The notes beneath the pieces were generated by a model, which saw only the letters and a program-made list of their open reading frames with translations, did not search any database and was not told the origin of the DNA. This document shows positions 37,132 through 45,704 of a stretch of DNA of 61,913 bases, piece by piece. Location of the stretch: IMG/VR virus record IMGVR_UViG_3300048587_000154, positions 1 to 61,913 of that record. The stretch is one strand, 5' to 3'. Positions within the stretch are counted from its first letter, which is position 1, and each line of letters opens with the position of its first letter. Source of the stretch: a virus (taxonomy: Duplodnaviria; Caudoviricetes). A program made the position numbers and the translations under genes.

Positions 37132-37665
37132 CTAGAACGGGATGTCGTCTGGATCGATCGCCGGCTTGATCGGCTTCGGATCGATGATGCCGACGGCCTG
37201 CGGGTCGAGGACTGGCGAAATGAAGGCATCAACGGCCTCCAAGATCACGAACAACTGCGCCGGGCTCAAAGCAGCCAGGCGCTTACCCTCGGTCGATGCA
37301 CTGGTTTTGTCCTTGTGCTTGTGCGTTGGGCTTGCCGATTTTTGTATGTTCCACACCATCCAAAAGCGCTCGATCGGCTTTTGCTGGTGAAGCTCGGGGG
37401 CAGGTGGCGGCGGCTCTGACGCGGGCGGCTGCCGGGATGCTGGTTGGCGGCTTTCGATATAGGCGAACAGGCGCTCGAAATTGGCGTCTGGCATCCGCAA
37501 AGCTTCCATTACGGGGTCAATTATGAAAGCCCCGATCTGGTCGCGCGGCGATGCCTCTGGCGTTCCCCAGTTTTCATCGCAAATGCCAGCTTCTTTCAGT
37601 TTGTGCGCGTCGATGCCGTGCAAAATGCGCAAGGCGTTGTGAAAGCGTGCTGCGGCTTCGTTCAT
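37132..37665 (-). CDS. Hypothetical protein (177 aa) ending DDIPF
   Basis: FWMVW..P..KH....A..E..RLA module; SSB-like acidic tip. Confidence 0.65.
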   Translation of the reverse strand: MNEAAARFHNALRILHGIDAHKLKEAGICDENWGTPEASPRDQIGAFIIDPVMEALRMPDANFERLFAYIESRQPASRQPPASEPPPPAPELHQQKPIERFWMVWNIQKSASPTHKHKDKTSASTEGKRLAALSPAQLFVILEAVDAFISPVLDPQAVGIIDPKPIKPAIDPDDIPF

Positions 37666-37865
37666 CTTCTTCCCTTTCCTTGGTGCCAGTCGGCGAGGTC
37701 CGCCGTGTCCATGCCTGTCATTTCCTCCATCATCGCCCAATAGGCACCGTCTGGAAGATCGTCGTCTATGAGGTCGAAGGCGTCGCCCGGATCGAGGCGT
37801 GGGCCTTCCTGCTCCTGTCGCTGCCGTTGACGCTGGTTGCGCTTTTTCTTGCTGGGCTTGCCCAT
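37662..37865 (-). CDS. Hypothetical protein (67 aa)
   Basis: AAGGGA RBS; ATGA overlap. Confidence 0.6.
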   Translation of the reverse strand: MGKPSKKKRNQRQRQRQEQEGPRLDPGDAFDLIDDDLPDGAYWAMMEEMTGMDTADLADWHQGKGRR

Positions 37866-37869
37866 GTGG

Positions 37870-38136
37870 TTATTCCCTTTTTCCGTACAGTGCCTCACTC
37901 ACACGGCCCTGATTGACGCCAAAGTGAACACCAACGTCGAGTTGAGACATGTTGGGGTGCTTGCGCGCGAACTTGCGTATTTTCTCTGCGAGCTTTTCGG
38001 TCATCTTGTTGGATGATATCGGCGCTCTGGTCGCCAACTGCCTGCGGCCAAGCTCGTCGGCCAGTTGGCTTAGACGGGGTATGCCGTGCTTGACGGCAAG
38101 CTCTCGAAGCTCCTTGGCTACCTCTGGTATCCTCAT
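37870..38136 (-). CDS. HTH protein
   Basis: SQ..VG..FGVNQGRVSE.L. Confidence 0.7.
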   Translation of the reverse strand: MRIPEVAKELRELAVKHGIPRLSQLADELGRRQLATRAPISSNKMTEKLAEKIRKFARKHPNMSQLDVGVHFGVNQGRVSEALYGKRE

Positions 38137-38534
38137 GACCGTTCCCGCTTGTTGTCGCGCTCGACGGCGTTGTTGTAATCGTCGGTCGCAAGGTTCTGTC
38201 GCGCAGCCATATAGCCAAGGTTTTGCGCGCAGAAGCCCTTGCAGAAGTATTTATCGGCGTAGCTTTCGCCGTCCCACGTCGTCACCTGACTGATGTAGTC
38301 AAAGCCGGGATCGTATGATCCGCGCACATATCCATCTTTCGGTGGTTCGGTGCGAAACCACTTCACTGATACGATCGGCTGGTCGAGAAGGGCTTGCGCC
38401 TCATCCTTGTTGCAGGGCATTTCCTCGCGGTAGCTCCACCACTTAGATGATGATGTTTTCTGCGATGAACCAAAGAAGGTGGTTTGCGTGCGCTTGGGGA
38501 TCGGCTTCGCGCAATACCGGCAACGGCGGGTCAT
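38133..38534 (-). CDS. Cys-motif hypothetical protein
   Basis: CxxC and FC...C; GGAGG RBS. Confidence 0.65.
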   Translation of the reverse strand: MTRRCRYCAKPIPKRTQTTFFGSSQKTSSSKWWSYREEMPCNKDEAQALLDQPIVSVKWFRTEPPKDGYVRGSYDPGFDYISQVTTWDGESYADKYFCKGFCAQNLGYMAARQNLATDDYNNAVERDNKRERS

Positions 38535-38839
38535 GACGATCTACCCTCCGAGTCGGCGATCAGGGCGTCCAGCATGGCGATCTTGATATCCTTCAAGCGC
38601 AAGCCTTCGTCGTCGGATGGATCGTCCACCTCTTGCTTGAGGCGGTAATACTGGACGGCGCGGCGGAACTCCTTGACCTCATCCAGCAATTGCGGGGCGG
38701 TCGCGATCAGCGCGGCGTCCGCCACCTGCTGTTCGCGGCTGCGGTTGGTGTTGATGTACGCAATCGTCTTGCGAACGCGCGGTGCCAGCGTCTCGATGCG
38801 CCACGTCTTGCCGTCGAATATCTTGACCCAGTAGGACAT
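38531..38839 (-). CDS. Hypothetical protein
   Basis: A.A.LIA.AP.LL motif; GAGG RBS. Confidence 0.65.
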   Translation of the reverse strand: MSYWVKIFDGKTWRIETLAPRVRKTIAYINTNRSREQQVADAALIATAPQLLDEVKEFRRAVQYYRLKQEVDDPSDDEGLRLKDIKIAMLDALIADSEGRSS

Positions 38840-38840
38840 G

Positions 38841-39041
38841 TCAGCGCCTCACACTGAACTTGCCGACGCCATAGGGTTCTCTGTTGCGCCCCCATGCCAT
38901 TTCATCCCGCTTGCTCTGCTTGCCCTCTCCGAACATTTCCAAATACTGGATGCTGTTCCAAACGGCGTAGCGAGCCTCCTTGGCGGTCAACGGCGCGTCG
39001 AAGCGGGCGGTTATCGTGATCGTGTGCGTTTTCTGTCTCAT
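38841..39041 (-). CDS. Hypothetical protein (66 aa)
   Basis: GAGGGAG RBS before MRQKTH. Confidence 0.55.
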   Translation of the reverse strand: MRQKTHTITITARFDAPLTAKEARYAVWNSIQYLEMFGEGKQSKRDEMAWGRNREPYGVGKFSVRR

Positions 39042-39048
39042 GGCTCCC

Positions 39049-39525
39049 TCACGCGCCTCGAACGATCGCGGCAAAGCGCAATATCTGGTCATCGGAAAAC
39101 GCGGCGATTTCCGCCTTGAGGTGCGCCGGAAGAACGTCCTCGGCAGCTTCTTCTATCACCACACGAAAGCGCGTTGCCCGCGCCCGCTTCTCCGTTTGAA
39201 GCCTCTGACGCTCGACCGCCTCGGCCTCGGCATACGCCTTGTCCACGTTGTTCTTGGTGACGATCCGGTTCAGTTCCTCAACGACCACATCGTGTACTTG
39301 GGCGTTGGCGTTAAGTGCCTTGTGGCCGCTGGCCTTAAGGTCGAGGGGGTTCTTGTGGATGATGTCGTCAAGCTTGATCGGGTTTGTCCTGATCCACATG
39401 TGGTAGCGGAATTTATCGTCCTTCCAATGCGCGCACAGGCCGTGGCGCATCGCCTCGCCTGCCTCGTCTCCGATGATCGAAACGCGGGCTTCGAGGGTGA
39501 TGACGGGGATCGGCTTCTTGCTCAT
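39049..39525 (-). CDS. Hypothetical protein (158 aa)
   Basis: ATGA overlap; typical codons. Confidence 0.65.
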   Translation of the reverse strand: MSKKPIPVITLEARVSIIGDEAGEAMRHGLCAHWKDDKFRYHMWIRTNPIKLDDIIHKNPLDLKASGHKALNANAQVHDVVVEELNRIVTKNNVDKAYAEAEAVERQRLQTEKRARATRFRVVIEEAAEDVLPAHLKAEIAAFSDDQILRFAAIVRGA

Positions 39526-39716
39526 GACTTTTCCCCTTCGATGATGGCCGGCTGCTTGTGTTCGGCCACGTAGGCATCAGCGATACGCGCCATGCGCTTC
39601 AATTCCGCGATGGCCGTCGCGCGGCCCTTGGTGTCGCCGTTCTCGATCAAGAGGACGAATATGTTGACGCTCTGCTCCCATGTCGGCGTCACATCGATGT
39701 ATTGAGGTCCAGCCAT
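39522..39716 (-). CDS. Hypothetical protein (64 aa)
   Basis: GGAGG RBS; ID.TPTW...EL.RMA..AD motif. Confidence 0.65.
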   Translation of the reverse strand: MAGPQYIDVTPTWEQSVNIFVLLIENGDTKGRATAIAELKRMARIADAYVAEHKQPAIIEGEKS

Positions 39717-39719
39717 GGA

Positions 39720-39920
39720 TCAGCCCTCCTTCTCGACGCGCAGCATCAGCGCAGTGATCGAGTCGACCACGCGACCGGCGTTGGCGGCAAAGGTCTCGCG
39801 TTTCTCAAGGCTGGTGTAGTCGAGCTTGGCCAGAAGGAATGCCGTCTCCAACGCGCTGTTGGCGATGCCGGAGAACTCCATAAAGCGCGGATGCGCCATT
39901 TGCTTTTCGCTTAAACCCAT
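39720..39920 (-). CDS. Hypothetical protein (66 aa), first gene of the accessory block
   Basis: GGGAG RBS, downstream of a strong promoter. Confidence 0.65.
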   Translation of the reverse strand: MGLSEKQMAHPRFMEFSGIANSALETAFLLAKLDYTSLEKRETFAANAGRVVDSITALMLRVEKEG

Positions 39921-39972
39921 TGCTCAAACTCCCCAGTTCGCAATGTTTAATGTGTGATACCTGTAAATACGA

Positions 39973-40001
39973 AAATAGCGCCAGAAAGCGCTATCGTCAA
40001 C
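39973..40001 (-). promoter_or_regulatory. Strong sigma70-type promoter for the accessory block
   Basis: GTTGAC-N17-CTATTT versus the Sinorhizobium consensus CTTGAC-N17-CTATAT. TTCGTATT follows the -10 element; the spacer is the palindrome ATAGCGC-N6-GCGCTAT. Confidence 0.65.
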
Positions 40002-40024
40002 AACTTTATTCCGGGGGCATCGCG

Positions 40025-40492
40025 TTATTTGCCAGCCTTGATTTCCCTCATCTTTGCCAACGCCTTGTTCAAAGGCACCACGTTGCCCTTGTTGTCGTCT
40101 CGATCGAGCGACGGTTCTGGCGGGGCTTCCTGCTTGCCGTGCAGGCTCTCATGCGTGAGCGTCGGGCTATCCTTGAAGCCCAAGCATTCGGCGATGAACT
40201 TCTCCGCTTCGATCGCGGCCTTGTGGTCGCCTGCCTCGGCGGCGGCGTCGGCGCGGTTTATCATGCGGGAAAAAATCTGCTGGGCGCTGAACGCCGTCGT
40301 CTCGACCGTCTTGTTGACCGCCTGGCGCTGCAAGTCTCGAAGGAACTCTTTGATGTCCGGGGAAGCCGCGAGCCGGAGAGCGTTGGGATGATGCCTCTTG
40401 TAGCCTGCGTATGCGTAGGCGTCTTGGATCGTCATCCCGTCGAAGATCGCTAGCGCGAACTTCTTGTGCTTGTCGCTTAGCTCTTTTTTCAT
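40025..40492 (-). CDS. terS: Terminase small subunit
   Basis: LS.K..KF.......AY..AGY...A.RL...P.I HTH, then A....D..AA..A. Confidence 0.75.
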   Translation of the reverse strand: MKKELSDKHKKFALAIFDGMTIQDAYAYAGYKRHHPNALRLAASPDIKEFLRDLQRQAVNKTVETTAFSAQQIFSRMINRADAAAEAGDHKAAIEAEKFIAECLGFKDSPTLTHESLHGKQEAPPEPSLDRDDNKGNVVPLNKALAKMREIKAGK

Positions 40493-40684
40493 GGCTCTTT
40501 GTGGGGTGCCGGGCCAACAGGTGCATGACTACCCATCGGCCCGGCAAGCGGAACATCGCTACTGCACCGCAGTTCTGGATGATTTGGCCCAGCCTGTAAA
40601 GAGACCCCCGGCAATCCTGCTGTGGACGCCGGGGGCCAAGTGGATCGTCGGGAGGCGTTGACGATCATGGGAACGCGATGGGCG

Positions 40685-41011
40685 TTAAGCTCGCCAAGGT
40701 ACTGCGTCAGGCGGCATGTAAAGATCGGCGGCTATGCGCCATGGCTGCCCGACTTGATTGGAGCGATTGAAATCGGCATTCGCCTGCTTGCCGCATTTCC
40801 TACACCCGTCCCTGATCGTCTCGCGCACAGCGGCGCGGATATCTGCGACCGGATGGAGGGCGACAAGCTGATAGACCGCGACCGGCTCGACGGTCAGGGA
40901 ACCGACCACTTCGCCAGGCGGTTTGACCACATAGGCGATGGCTAACGTGCAAAGCGCCGTGAGCGTCATGAGGCCAAGAGTGTAGAGGGATGCTCGATAG
41001 AAAGTTGCCAT
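40685..41011 (-). CDS. Hypothetical membrane or secreted protein
   Basis: N-terminal hydrophobic helix; GGAG RBS. Confidence 0.5.
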   Translation of the reverse strand: MATFYRASLYTLGLMTLTALCTLAIAYVVKPPGEVVGSLTVEPVAVYQLVALHPVADIRAAVRETIRDGCRKCGKQANADFNRSNQVGQPWRIAADLYMPPDAVPWRA

Positions 41012-41089
41012 GATGGATTGCTCCGTTTTGTGCAGGCCTTGGAAGCGCCGCGTCCAAATCATGGCATTGTTCGCGGCGCTTTACAGTGG

Positions 41090-41452
41090 CTATTTGAGCG
41101 GTTCGAGCTTGTATCCACCAAGCGTGGAAACAATCTTCCACCCGTAAGGCGCGATCTTGCGCCGCATGCGCATGATGGCCTGCTTGACGTTGGCTGGCGG
41201 GTCGCGCGGTGCCCGTCCTTCCGGCCACATCTTGGCGATCAAATCCGCCGTCTGGACGCTCCCCGGATAGCTATCAACCAGCGACGTGATGAGGATGCGC
41301 ACCACGAAGCCCAGCCGCAAGGCCGGCAGGACGCCGATAGGCACTCCCATGTGTACTTGGAGGGTCTGACGGCAGGCTGGGCAGCGTTGGGCCTTGAAGC
41401 GCGGGTAGCGCTCGCCGTGGGCGTTGTAATGACCATCGGTGAGTCCTCTCAC
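41090..41452 (-). CDS. OmpR/PhoB-type winged-helix protein without receiver domain
   Basis: CPAC, then DLI..MW.....VK..I.R.RRK....G..I....GY.L. Confidence 0.65.
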   Translation of the reverse strand: MRGLTDGHYNAHGERYPRFKAQRCPACRQTLQVHMGVPIGVLPALRLGFVVRILITSLVDSYPGSVQTADLIAKMWPEGRAPRDPPANVKQAIMRMRRKIAPYGWKIVSTLGGYKLEPLK

Positions 41453-42009
41453 GGCAGCCTCTCGTCTTGCGGGCCTTCAACCAGTCCTTCGGGGATCGGC
41501 AGGTTGTATTCCAACGCCTTCTCGATGTACGGCATCAGCCCGCCCTTTTTCATGCACTCTGCCGCCACGTCAGGCCCGCAATGGCTCAAGACTGCCATCT
41601 TGAGCTTCATGCGGTTGCGATGCTCGTCGGTCATTCGACTCGGCGGTCCAAGCTCCTGCTCGTCGCGCCGCCGCCTGGCGGCTTCGGCCTGCCGCTTGGT
41701 CTCCTCGGCGATGATCGGGGCCAGTTCAGCCCGGATCGCCTCGCACAGTTCGGGCGGCTTCGGCGCAAACTTCTTCGAGGAGCCGACGATGGTCCCGTCG
41801 AGGAATTTCAGGATGGCCGCGTGCAGCGCCCATGCTGGGTATTGCTGCAACGGCAGCACGTAGCCGACCATCGAGTTTTCGGCTTCCTTCTGGCTGTCCT
41901 TTCGCACCTCGAACACGGAGAACAGGACTTCCAGTTCTTTCGTGATTTCATCGACGGTGGCCGGCGTCAGGCGCGGGTCGCGGGTCTCGACCTTACTGAT
42001 TTCGCCCAT
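41449..42009 (-). CDS. Putative helicase loader/recruiter
   Basis: L..YP.WA...A...F..G......F.P.P.EL pattern; overlaps the initiator-like gene. Confidence 0.5.
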   Translation of the reverse strand: MGEISKVETRDPRLTPATVDEITKELEVLFSVFEVRKDSQKEAENSMVGYVLPLQQYPAWALHAAILKFLDGTIVGSSKKFAPKPPELCEAIRAELAPIIAEETKRQAEAARRRRDEQELGPPSRMTDEHRNRMKLKMAVLSHCGPDVAAECMKKGGLMPYIEKALEYNLPIPEGLVEGPQDERLP

Positions 42010-42301
42010 AGCGGCCTCCGCTCAAGTCTGCCGCCAGCCCGGCCATGCTGACGCCTCGGTTTTGCACCTGCGCCGGCACGTTCTGCCATTCGTCATCCCA
42101 GCATTCTTGGTTGAGCCACGTCGAGGGATGCTTGAAATCGATCCGCTCCGGCTTGTGTTGGATATACGCCTTGATGGCGTTCAGCATCGTTTCCAGCGTC
42201 GTTTTCTTGATCGCCTTGTCGAAGGCCTTTCGGGCGGCTCCCTTAGCGATGCGACGCGGGTACGCGGACCAAAACACGGAAAAAGCCTCGTCCTTTGTCA
42301 T
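41993..42301 (-). CDS. Replication-initiator C-terminal-domain-only protein (102 aa)
   Basis: F..FW.AYPR...K.AA.KAF...K.PSTWLN...W.DE; no N-terminal HTH. Confidence 0.75.
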   Translation of the reverse strand: MTKDEAFSVFWSAYPRRIAKGAARKAFDKAIKKTTLETMLNAIKAYIQHKPERIDFKHPSTWLNQECWDDEWQNVPAQVQNRGVSMAGLAADLSGGRYGRNQ

Positions 42302-42861
42302 GCCGTTATCCCCCTGTCTGTGTAGCCGAACTCTCTCTCCTTTTCGCTGCGCCAGCGTTCCACGACTGATCTGTCTTTGGAGTATTTGGAAAGATTTTTC
42401 CCATTAAGATCGTGAATGCGCGCGCACCATCCGTCCGACTGACCGTGCTTGTAGACGCCCTTTCTGCCACTGGTGTTGGTGGTGGGAAGTTTCGTATTGC
42501 GCTGATTTAGACGCCTCGATCCATTTCTAAGGTTGCGCTTCTTGTTATCGCCAGATGTGCCGTTGAAGTGGTCGATTATGGTTGGGTCACTCCCATTCAC
42601 GATCTTCCAGATGATCCGATGCGCATAATAGGAACGACCGTCCAGCGTGCCTTTGATGTGGCCATGCGTGTTGGGTGAGCCAAATTCTTTCCCCGCCATA
42701 GTTGAGTTGCGGCGGCGCATTTCCCATTGCGAGTCCCGTTTGCAGTTTTGGAAATGCGATAGAGGGCGCGCGCGCCACCTAAGCGATCCAGATTTGGGAT
42801 CGTAATCGAAACATTCCCTCAAATAGTCAGCCGAAGGGAGCGGCGTTGGCTTACGTGTCAT
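42298..42861 (-). CDS. HNH homing endonuclease
   Basis: YDP.SG.L.W, AHRIIW, IDH.NG...DN...NLR, NTSG.KGV; visibly AT-richer. Confidence 0.85.
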   Translation of the reverse strand: MTRKPTPLPSADYLRECFDYDPKSGSLRWRARPLSHFQNCKRDSQWEMRRRNSTMAGKEFGSPNTHGHIKGTLDGRSYYAHRIIWKIVNGSDPTIIDHFNGTSGDNKKRNLRNGSRRLNQRNTKLPTTNTSGRKGVYKHGQSDGWCARIHDLNGKNLSKYSKDRSVVERWRSEKEREFGYTDRGITA

Positions 42862-42864
42862 GCT

Positions 42865-43284
42865 TCATCCCTCATTGACGGGCGTAAGAAAAACCACGCA
42901 TGGAAGCCCGTCGTCCCGCCATGCGTATTTCAGGTCTCGAACGTACTTGTTCGAGTCGTCGGTGATGACGCGGTTCTTTACCAGCGCATCCATGACGGAT
43001 TTGTCGCAGTTGCCGGCGTCGCGCTCGCGCTTGTCCGGGGCGACGAGTCGAACGGTTACACTAACCCGTTCTGGAAGCAATATGCCTGCGGCATTCTTCT
43101 TCATGCCGCGTGTCTGCAAGAAGATCATCCGCTCGGCCTTCTTCTGCCAATCCTCGTAGCGTGATGTCGGAGCGCGCGTGTGTATCCAGCGGAACGGCGG
43201 CGATTTGCTGCGAAAGCTCACATCCTTGAAGCAAGCCGAAAGAGGGATCGGGAATGGAAGCTCAAGGCGCAGTTGATCGGTCAT
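42865..43284 (-). CDS. rusA: RusA-like Holliday junction resolvase
   Basis: PD.R.RD..N..K...DAL....I.DDS. Confidence 0.75.
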   Translation of the reverse strand: MTDQLRLELPFPIPLSACFKDVSFRSKSPPFRWIHTRAPTSRYEDWQKKAERMIFLQTRGMKKNAAGILLPERVSVTVRLVAPDKRERDAGNCDKSVMDALVKNRVITDDSNKYVRDLKYAWRDDGLPCVVFLTPVNEG

Positions 43285-43874
43285 GGCGTTGCCTTGTCGA
43301 ATTTGGTCGCGACACGCCGGCACATTTCGATGAACTCTGCCATCGGCAGACTTTGCTTTGCGAAATTAACCTGCTTCGTGACAAGATGAACGTTGCCGGG
43401 AACATACCCGTGAGCGCTGTCGATCCGATCTATGGAAGCGTTTCCACGCCCATGCTTTTCACCTCGGAAAAAATAAAGCGGATCGCCCGTCATGGCGCAT
43501 TTTCCACCCTGATCGTCATACATCTTGGCAACAAATTCGATGGTCAATTTCCATTCGATCCCGCGTCGCTCTGCCTGGGCGACGAAGTTGCGATAGGCGG
43601 TGCCTGTCACGGCTCCGCACCCCCGCCAGCCGGGACTATTCACCCCTCTCGCGACGCCGCGCGCGCATAATTTGCAGGAATTGGCCATTCCTCGCATCAG
43701 AAGCGAGGCCGCTACCTCATCTTCTTGCCCGCAATCACAACGCATGATCCACATCTGGTTACCACGCCGACGGGCTATCTTCTTAACTACGATGCGCGTA
43801 CCAAAGCGATGACCAACATAATCAGCGATCTTGTATTTCGATCGCTCCGGCAACTTCTTGTTAAGCGTTCCCAT
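43281..43874 (-). CDS. HNH-type homing endonuclease
   Basis: G.RFG..V..W..RCDCG..SC, Q.GKCA.TG, SIDRIDS..GY..GNV..V...VN..K. Confidence 0.8.
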   Translation of the reverse strand: MGTLNKKLPERSKYKIADYVGHRFGTRIVVKKIARRRGNQMWIMRCDCGQEDEVAASLLMRGMANSCKLCARGVARGVNSPGWRGCGAVTGTAYRNFVAQAERRGIEWKLTIEFVAKMYDDQGGKCAMTGDPLYFFRGEKHGRGNASIDRIDSAHGYVPGNVHLVTKQVNFAKQSLPMAEFIEMCRRVATKFDKATP

Positions 43875-44463
43875 CGAATTTACCCGCCTCATTTCCCCAA
43901 GTTGTCCATCCGGCCCTGCTCTGCCGTGAGAAAAGTTCCAGATAAGGACCGTCGCAATATCGCTCCACACGCCTGAAAAATTCATCTGGTTTGCGCGAAT
44001 GCTGCCTGACAGGGGACAGCATGACTTCGGGAACGTCTTTCGCCTTTCGGCGTGCGCTTCCGCGACGCCCCAAGATTGCAAATTCTGCATTTTTTCTTGT
44101 GGTCATTCCTAAGCCCAAATGCAGATCGGTCTCCATCAGCGGGTTGAACGTGGCCGCGTCGAAGTTGCGGCGAAGCTTGATCCAGACAAAGCCCGACGCC
44201 GACGGCTTGAAGCCCCATGCCCGCATGATCGGCAGGTGCGCGCCGATGACCAGCAACGGGCCGGGAACCCACATCATCAGGTGACACGCCTTGTCGGCGA
44301 TCGTCTTGACCGGCATGGCCTCGATTTCCTCAAGGCTCATTGTCTCGTAGTGGCGGTCAGGGTTGCGCACCTCTTTGTGCTCCTTGCGAACACGAAAGCG
44401 CCATGGCGGATCGGCCACGATACACCCGAATTTCTGGCCTTCCAGACTGGAAAAATCGACCAT
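43861..44463 (-). CDS. MT-A70 family adenine methyltransferase
   Basis: I.ADPPW, Y.TM, WGF, W.K, HSRKP, ELFSR, WGNE. Confidence 0.92.
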   Translation of the reverse strand: MVDFSSLEGQKFGCIVADPPWRFRVRKEHKEVRNPDRHYETMSLEEIEAMPVKTIADKACHLMMWVPGPLLVIGAHLPIMRAWGFKPSASGFVWIKLRRNFDAATFNPLMETDLHLGLGMTTRKNAEFAILGRRGSARRKAKDVPEVMLSPVRQHSRKPDEFFRRVERYCDGPYLELFSRQSRAGWTTWGNEAGKFDGNA

Positions 44464-44464
44464 G

Positions 44465-44932
44465 CTATTCCTTGATGCCCCGCAACGCCGCGCGCTCCTG
44501 CGCGGTGCCTTGTCCCTTCGACCAGCCGGCATGTTCACAACAGTAGGACTTGCCCGGCTCGGTCGGATTTCCGCAAAACAGGTATTCGCCGTCAAGCCGG
44601 GTGGTGTCGCCGATCGTGGGAACATCATTGATCGGCCATCGGCATTCGTTGAGTTTTAAGTCAACAAGGCACACCGCGCGGCACTCGAACGTTGTCTGAC
44701 GAACTTTCGGGAGAGGTTTCGGCTCTGGCTCCGGCGCTGATTTCTTCGGAGGATGATTGCGCCGCATCTTCTCGGATGGCCGGTTCTCCCCCAGTTTCAG
44801 GGAGAGGCGTAGGCAGCGGCCCACGACGGCGTTGACGGACCTTCCGACCTTACAGGAAATGGCGCGGGCGGTTAGATCGTCCGCCACCATTTCCCGAAGC
44901 ATTTTATCCTCGGTTTCTGTCCACGCTTTCAC
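44465..44932 (-). CDS. gcrA: GcrA cell-cycle regulator homologue
   Basis: WT....L...S.NAV.G...RL; L..L...CRWP..D..FCG......YC.EH. Confidence 0.88.
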   Translation of the reverse strand: MKAWTETEDKMLREMVADDLTARAISCKVGRSVNAVVGRCLRLSLKLGENRPSEKMRRNHPPKKSAPEPEPKPLPKVRQTTFECRAVCLVDLKLNECRWPINDVPTIGDTTRLDGEYLFCGNPTEPGKSYCCEHAGWSKGQGTAQERAALRGIKE

Positions 44933-44950
44933 GTCCCCCGCACCCGAAGC

Positions 44951-45682
44951 TTAGTGAAGCGCTGCCCCGGCATCCTTTTCGGGGTCAAGCTCCGCGCCGG
45001 GGTCTGCTGCATCGAACTCGGCGTGTACTTGGTCTACGTCCTCGCCATCGGCGTCAGGATTTGGCGCGGCTCCGGCCTCCGTGTCCTCGGTATCCGTGTC
45101 AACCACGTCATCCTCGCCGTCCTGTTCGCCCTTGATGAGCGTTTCGTCGCCGACCGCCGCATCCATTTCCAGAATGCGCTTGTACTCATCCATACCGTTT
45201 CGGAAGGCTTCAAGCCAGGCTTGGCCCTGCTTGCTCTCGACGGCGTAGGGGATCGATCCTTCGCCCTCACCGCGTAGCGCCGCCATGCGCCCATTGTGTG
45301 CGGCGGTCTCGATTGCCGGTGTGCGCCCATCGACGTAGGCGAACAGGTCGAGTTGCTTCTTCTCGATCGCAAAGCCCAAGATCGCCAGATATTCGAGGGT
45401 CTTTACCAGTTCGACAACAAGTTCGTCGCGGTCGATGCTCGACTTGATCGCCAGCGCCCGCTTGGCTGCCTTGATGTGCAGGCCCTTGGCCTCGACGTGC
45501 TTCACGACATTGCGATAGCTGCCGGTCTCACTCTCCAACCGGGTCTTGGCGCGCGCCAGCTTGCCAAGCTGGACGGCAGCTATGGCGCGATCTTCCGGGC
45601 CGTTGTGCAGCGGGCCGGGACGATCGCCTTCATCTTCTTCGGGTTGCTGCGCGCGAGCAGCCTTCTTTGGCGCTTTCACCAT
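44951..45682 (-). CDS. GapR-like nucleoid protein with acidic tail
   Basis: HN motif, K..G...KA.K.A....K..Y...LG..Q.DLF; GGAG RBS. Confidence 0.55.
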   Translation of the reverse strand: MVKAPKKAARAQQPEEDEGDRPGPLHNGPEDRAIAAVQLGKLARAKTRLESETGSYRNVVKHVEAKGLHIKAAKRALAIKSSIDRDELVVELVKTLEYLAILGFAIEKKQLDLFAYVDGRTPAIETAAHNGRMAALRGEGEGSIPYAVESKQGQAWLEAFRNGMDEYKRILEMDAAVGDETLIKGEQDGEDDVVDTDTEDTEAGAAPNPDADGEDVDQVHAEFDAADPGAELDPEKDAGAALH

Positions 45683-45704
45683 AGGTTTCAGTCTCCGTTG
45701 TGGT

